Assembly: GCA_001189095.1 (NCBI GenBank)
Contig: LFCK01000001.1
Coordinates: 149,251-213,250, forward strand
DNA from: Parcubacteria bacterium C7867-001
GTDB lineage: Bacteria; Patescibacteriota; Minisyncoccia; Phycocordibacterales; Phycocordibacteraceae
Direction: 5' to 3'
Length of the DNA stretch: 64,000 nucleotides
In this document: positions 59,458 through 64,000 of the stretch, one piece after another
Layout of the letters: each line of letters starts with the position of its first letter
Numbering within the stretch: the stretch's first letter is position 1
Translations under genes and position numbers: made by a program
The notes under the pieces: model-generated
The model's input: only the letters and a program-made list of their open reading frames with translations
What the model was told of the DNA's origin: nothing
Database searches by the model: none

Positions 59458-60195
59458 ATGGATTTTATCGTTATAGGGCTAGTAGCTTTCACTGCTTCCG
59501 CACTCACATTCTTTTCTGGTTTTGGATTAGGAACACTTCTCTTACCTGCATTCGCGATTTTCTTTTCAGCACCAATCGCTCTTACTGCAACTGGTATTGT
59601 TCACCTCCTGAACAATCTTTTTAAGGGAACGCTAGTACGAAAGAATGTTGATTGGCGCACGGTACTTCGCTTTGGACTACCTGCTGTCCCAGCTGCAATC
59701 TTGGGTGCATACCTGCTCACGTATTTAGATACTCGCATCGCAAGCATAGTCATTGGCGTGATACTTATTGCTTTTGCGGTCTTAGAATTCCAGCCGTGGT
59801 TTCAGCGACTGACATTCCCAAAGAAATATCTTTCGCTTGGTGGCGTAGCCACAGGATTTCTCGGTGGACTCTCGGGACAGCAGGGAGCACTACGTTCTAT
59901 GTTCCTACTGAAGTCAGATTTTGAAGCAGTGAAATACATTGCTACCGGAGTCTTCATTGCGATACTCATAGACCTTGCTCGGCTCCCAACTTATTTGCTC
60001 GGTCTAAAGAACGTTGCGTCTATAACCCAGCACGAGATTGCCCTTATCGAGTTTGGAACATTCTGTGCGTTTATCGGTGCATGGCTCGGAGCGAAGTACG
60101 TTAAGAAGACCACTATTGGTTTCATTCGATACATTGTTGCAGGACTAATGCTCTGTGTAGGTACCGCCCTTATCGTCGGACTGATCGGAGGTTAG
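59458..60195 (+). CDS. TauE/SafE sulfite exporter family protein
   Basis: SGFGLGTLLLP and GFLGGLSGQQG; multiple TMs. Confidence 0.85.
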   Translation: MDFIVIGLVAFTASALTFFSGFGLGTLLLPAFAIFFSAPIALTATGIVHLLNNLFKGTLVRKNVDWRTVLRFGLPAVPAAILGAYLLTYLDTRIASIVIGVILIAFAVLEFQPWFQRLTFPKKYLSLGGVATGFLGGLSGQQGALRSMFLLKSDFEAVKYIATGVFIAILIDLARLPTYLLGLKNVASITQHEIALIEFGTFCAFIGAWLGAKYVKKTTIGFIRYIVAGLMLCVGTALIVGLIGG

Positions 60196-60220
60196 GAACG
60201 GTACTTGTCTCGTATCTTCT

Positions 60221-60838
60221 TCATTTTCTCCTTATGTTTTTTAAGTCTTCCAGCATCTCTGCTTTTAACTTTCGTGACCACGCTTCAGCACGTTTCTTGT
60301 TATGCCTGTCGTACGATTTCCGACTTGCTGAGTATCGCTCAATTAGGGCAGGATTCTCTTTCTTCAAGAACAGGTACTCATAGGGAGTACCTGTTTCGTT
60401 CAAAATGATTCGAGGATGTAGCGTGCCCTCCTTTATATATTTCTTCGCAGTCTGATGTTTGATATCAAACCTGTATTTCAGACTCGACATTGAGAAGTAG
60501 CTATTTCGATGCAGGAAAATGTAGGTTGGTATCATTCCGTCTTTCACTGCCTTTCGGCAAAGAAGACAAGTCTGTCCGTACCAGTCATACCACCCGTTCG
60601 TCTCATCAATCCTGTTGCTACACACAAGACAGGTATATGTCCCGTCTACAGGGAAGCCGTCTGGTTCAGTCTTCAATCGCTTCTTTTTGATCGAGTCTTT
60701 CTTCGACATTTCCCATAAGAGGTCGAAGAAACCTACTAAATTCTGCGCACCCTCACGTGCGTCTTCGTCACTCATCTCCTCACCTTTCTTTCTAGATTCT
60801 TCCTTTAGTTGCTCTATAAGTTCATCGGATACTGCCAT
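60221..60838 (-). CDS. Hypothetical protein with two CxxC motifs
   Basis: CLVC...CLLC; lies at the island end. Confidence 0.7.
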   Translation of the reverse strand: MAVSDELIEQLKEESRKKGEEMSDEDAREGAQNLVGFFDLLWEMSKKDSIKKKRLKTEPDGFPVDGTYTCLVCSNRIDETNGWYDWYGQTCLLCRKAVKDGMIPTYIFLHRNSYFSMSSLKYRFDIKHQTAKKYIKEGTLHPRIILNETGTPYEYLFLKKENPALIERYSASRKSYDRHNKKRAEAWSRKLKAEMLEDLKNIRRK

Positions 60839-61010
60839 AGGTATCGTTGATTGGCTTGTAAGTGAGACACCGACTGATATCTCCCTTACAGTGTCTCATT
60901 TGTCTTTTTTCGTTAGAATACCCTTATTGTGCCTACGGGAGAGTAGACTGAGACGCATGGAAACGAGACAGTTTAATTCGCTCAGAAACCCTTACGGGGT
61001 CTCACTCGGG

Positions 61011-61262
61011 TAGGTTCGAGACTGAGTCAGTCAGCAAAATAAGCGCAGCATATTTTGCTGTGGAGAAGAACACGGAGTGATCGTCTAGGGATCGAACGCC
61101 GGAGCGATGTTTTGTCAGCAGACAAAACCGCGAGGCGGTGCCTAGTCCGAGCCGAGTGTCGACGAGGTGAGAGACGAAGGAGATATGGCGTATTCGCCGG
61201 CCCTAGTCTCCCAGCTTTTTTCGGAAACCGCCGATAGGGTGCCTTTGAAGCCGTGAATCTAG
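61011..61262 (+). repeat. tRNA-Gln-derived att-like fragments and associated mini element
   Basis: 61201-61215 = 45115-45129; 61241-61262 = 45086-45107; 61085-61097 is antisense to the T-arm. Confidence 0.8.
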
Positions 61263-61307
61263 CTGCATAAAAATAAAAGCGGGCGGAGCTATGCTCCGCC
61301 CGCGTTT

Positions 61308-61907
61308 TTATATGATTCGCTCCAGTGTCTGCACGTCTATGAGCGGCGTATTGCCCACCGAGTCGATGATTTCCAGAAGCACGTCCCATTTGAACAGTTC
61401 CGAACGAATGAAGAATGCTTGTACGCGACGCTCTCCGAGCGTTGTGTCGTCAGGAACGATGTCGTAACGATCTTTGTACGTATCTCGACGAACGTTTGCA
61501 GTATCGATGAGAACGTACATCCGATGCGGGTAGCCATGCTTCGCCGCGTTCCGATTTTTGAAGAAACCCTGCCAGTTGTCGCGAGGATCCGTGGAAATGG
61601 AATCGCCAAGAATGTTCGCTGGCACATGAACGTGGATTTCGCTTTGCGGTTCCCGCCAGTAGCCGCTGATAAAGCGACCCCCGAATTCGCCGAAACGTTC
61701 CTTGCGCGAGCGTACGCCCCTCGCAAGGTAGCTTTTGATGCTCCTGAGAATGTGCGCATCACTGCGATGCTTCTCAAGCCAGTCCATGTTTTTGATGACG
61801 GGATCCTCAACTGAGAGTCCCATGAATCCGGTGTCGAACGAACGAGGTCGTTCTATGCGGACCCGCTCGCGCAGTGCGGGCGGGTCCGCTAGTAGCACGT
61901 CAGTCAT
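61308..61907 (-). CDS. Hypothetical protein
   Basis: AAGGAG SD before MTDVLL. Confidence 0.65.
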   Translation of the reverse strand: MTDVLLADPPALRERVRIERPRSFDTGFMGLSVEDPVIKNMDWLEKHRSDAHILRSIKSYLARGVRSRKERFGEFGGRFISGYWREPQSEIHVHVPANILGDSISTDPRDNWQGFFKNRNAAKHGYPHRMYVLIDTANVRRDTYKDRYDIVPDDTTLGERRVQAFFIRSELFKWDVLLEIIDSVGNTPLIDVQTLERII

Positions 61908-61990
61908 GGTCGTACTCCTTTTGTCTGCGACAGACCATAGCACGGTGTAGACTCCCGAGGAAGCGAAACCTAGGAAAGGGTAGAATGGTT

Positions 61991-62299
61991 ATGAACACTA
62001 TGACCAAAAATCCTCTCATCAATGCGTTGGCAGGCCTCCTTTATATAGCGATTATCGCCTCGTTCCTCTTTTACGTTCCCGAACGACTTCAGATCGAAGA
62101 GACGGTACTTATTCCGATACTGATTCTTTCTATCTTCGTCTTTTCCGCAGCGATGATGGGCTACCTCTTCCTCTACGAACCACTCCGTCTTTTCCTCGAG
62201 GATAAGAAGAAAGAGTCCGTTTCGCTCTTCATGAAAACACTCCTCGCCTTTGCAGTAAGTACGGCGCTCCTCGTCGCGCTTGGCCTGTATCTCTCCTAA
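61991..62299 (+). CDS. Small membrane protein
   Basis: Three TM segments. Confidence 0.7.
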   Translation: MNTMTKNPLINALAGLLYIAIIASFLFYVPERLQIEETVLIPILILSIFVFSAAMMGYLFLYEPLRLFLEDKKKESVSLFMKTLLAFAVSTALLVALGLYLS

Positions 62300-62376
62300 G
62301 TAAGCGGTGCGCATATCCTTCGACTAGGGACCATGACCGCTATACTAGAGAGGTATAACTAACCCGTAGTGTAGCT

Positions 62377-62760
62377 ATGATTACGACTCTCGTTCTCGCT
62401 CAGATTTGGGGCCCCGTCCTTCTTGCCGTTGGAATCGGTATGTTCGTAAGTCGAGCGCAGTATCAAAAGGTGTATCGGGATATTGCCGAGGAGCCGCTTG
62501 CGGCGCTCACGTTTGGAGTCTTTGCTTCGGTGATCGGTATCATGCAGGTTCTTGCGTATAGTGTGTGGGATACCTTCATCGGGGCGATACTTACGCTCCT
62601 TGGTTGGGGAGCGCTTCTCAAAGGTCTCGTCTTTATCATGTTTCCAGCGTATGTTGCGAAAACTTCGCAGGCTTTTGCAAAGATAAAGGCAACCCCGCTT
62701 GCTGCGGCGCTGGTGACTGTGCTCGGTGCGTACCTCGCGTGGTACGGTTTTCTTGGTTAA
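62377..62760 (+). CDS. Small membrane protein
   Basis: Four TM segments. Confidence 0.7.
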   Translation: MITTLVLAQIWGPVLLAVGIGMFVSRAQYQKVYRDIAEEPLAALTFGVFASVIGIMQVLAYSVWDTFIGAILTLLGWGALLKGLVFIMFPAYVAKTSQAFAKIKATPLAAALVTVLGAYLAWYGFLG

Positions 62761-62862
62761 TTAGCCCCTAAAAAACCGGCGCACTCCGTGCGCCGGTTTT
62801 TGTAAAATTCGCGCGGGGATGGTACCACAAGGAAGGAGACCAGAACTCACAGGAGAGTTGGT

Positions 62863-63573
62863 ATGCACCTTAAAGGCATCATTTACGATTTCGACGGTAC
62901 CTTGCTCGATTCGGGTAAGGAAAAAAGTCTGCCGCGACTTGAAAAAGTCATTCGCTCGTTCGGTTATTCGCTTGATGCGGATATGCACGAACGCATGAGT
63001 AGGGCGTGGGGCCAGTCCGGTGTTCCGTTTATTGCTGATATTCTCGGCGTAAACGAACGTACTGCGCGTGTCATCTACGATACGTGGGAAGGTATGGACG
63101 CGCACGAGCCCCATGACTTCATCGAATCAGCCATCGAGACGGTGGAATTCCTACACGCGAAGGGACTCGTTTCGTGTCTCGTCACGAGCCGCGCACGCGA
63201 GTCTCTAGTTGCCATTGCGGTTCGCGCGCCCATCTTCGATGAGTTCGCTTGCATTACCAGTGCAGACGACACTCCTCATCACAAGCCAGACCCGCGCGCG
63301 TTTAATGCAGCGTTCCTCGCGCTTAAGCGGCGCGGCGTCGAACGGCACGAGACGATTCTCGTGGGCGACACGGCGCAGGATATCCGCGCCGGCAGTGCTG
63401 CCGGACTACGTACGGTGGTCGTTGAGACAGGGCCGTATCGTGATGGGCAGCAGGAGGAGCATCCTGTTCCTGAGCACGATGTCATCCCTTCTGTGGCACA
63501 TTTGCCGCGTTGGATAGGAATGCACTGCAGATCACCAATCTTGTCAGAAAAAGAGGTTGCTAATGTCACATGA
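62863..63573 (+). CDS. HAD-family hydrolase
   Basis: DFDGTLLD, VTS, KPDP, VGDT..DI. Confidence 0.92.
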   Translation: MHLKGIIYDFDGTLLDSGKEKSLPRLEKVIRSFGYSLDADMHERMSRAWGQSGVPFIADILGVNERTARVIYDTWEGMDAHEPHDFIESAIETVEFLHAKGLVSCLVTSRARESLVAIAVRAPIFDEFACITSADDTPHHKPDPRAFNAAFLALKRRGVERHETILVGDTAQDIRAGSAAGLRTVVVETGPYRDGQQEEHPVPEHDVIPSVAHLPRWIGMHCRSPILSEKEVANVT

Positions 63574-63922
63574 TCACCAGCACGACTCGGATTCATATTT
63601 TCCGGGCTCGGTGTACGAAGTCATCGTTCGAACGAAAGGAGGCTTCCTCTTGCGTTCAACGCCTTTGCTTGGAGAAGAGGTTGGTGGTTTTATTGACCTC
63701 CTCAAAAGCGAGCATTGGGAGTATTTGGGATTCCAAGTCCTTCCAACTCAAGCGGCAAAAGAGCTTCTCGAAAGAGATGCAGAACACTTGCGTACGCAGG
63801 CCGACGAGCTCGAGAAGTTCTTGGTAAAGCACCATCGAGGCTTTCAGAACAGCGTGGAAGGGATGCGAGATCGCGCCGACAATCTTGAGCGGCGCGCAAC
63901 GTTCCTTACGAGTCTCAAATGA
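63563..63922 (+). CDS. Hypothetical protein
   Basis: Overlaps the end of the HAD gene; GAGG SD; terminator at ~63925-63958. Confidence 0.6.
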   Translation: MSHDHQHDSDSYFPGSVYEVIVRTKGGFLLRSTPLLGEEVGGFIDLLKSEHWEYLGFQVLPTQAAKELLERDAEHLRTQADELEKFLVKHHRGFQNSVEGMRDRADNLERRATFLTSLK

Positions 63923-64000
63923 GCAAGCTCCCGAAGCAATTCGGGAGCTCTTTTTTTAGAAAACGCCAGAATTTTAGTAAAAAGTTGATTTTCTATCCTA

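Larger units (their letters stand above)
45132..61035. mobile_element. Genomic island integrated at tRNA-Gln
   Basis: Degenerate tRNA 3' copy at 61011-61035 (18/25 identical to 45105-45129); serine recombinase; visibly more AT-rich. Confidence 0.7.

Noticed and set aside
1-64000. CRISPR array, rRNA, IS transposase, reverse transcriptase
   Set aside because: None seen: no regularly spaced repeats and no diagnostic motifs.

Overview
This looks like a chromosomal segment of a Patescibacteria (CPR) bacterium, probably Parcubacteria. The inference rests on the short IF2 and S1, a tandem array of VirB2/TrbC-like 'pilins', and housekeeping genes that lack SD sequences. The backbone carries lepB, pth, rpsA, gyrA, rbfA, infB, iscS, clpB, rpmG, miaA, ahpC, parB, relA/spoT, topA, dprA, serS, dus, dnaX and seven tRNAs. 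A ~16 kb island sits at tRNA-Gln (about 45132-61010). It holds a Dsb cluster, a large serine recombinase, a candidate two-gene defence module, a ParB-methylase and terminase-like genes, but no capsid genes. The most unusual signals are non-coding. (i) A family of small elements downstream of tRNAs; the two complete copies each carry a split antisense copy and a direct repeat of their own tRNA 3' end. (ii) A ~520 nt structured RNA candidate with its own promoter after gyrA. (iii) Two further ~200 nt stand-alone structured transcripts. (iv) A switch-like 5' leader inside the island. All product calls come from motifs recognised by eye; no database searches were run.
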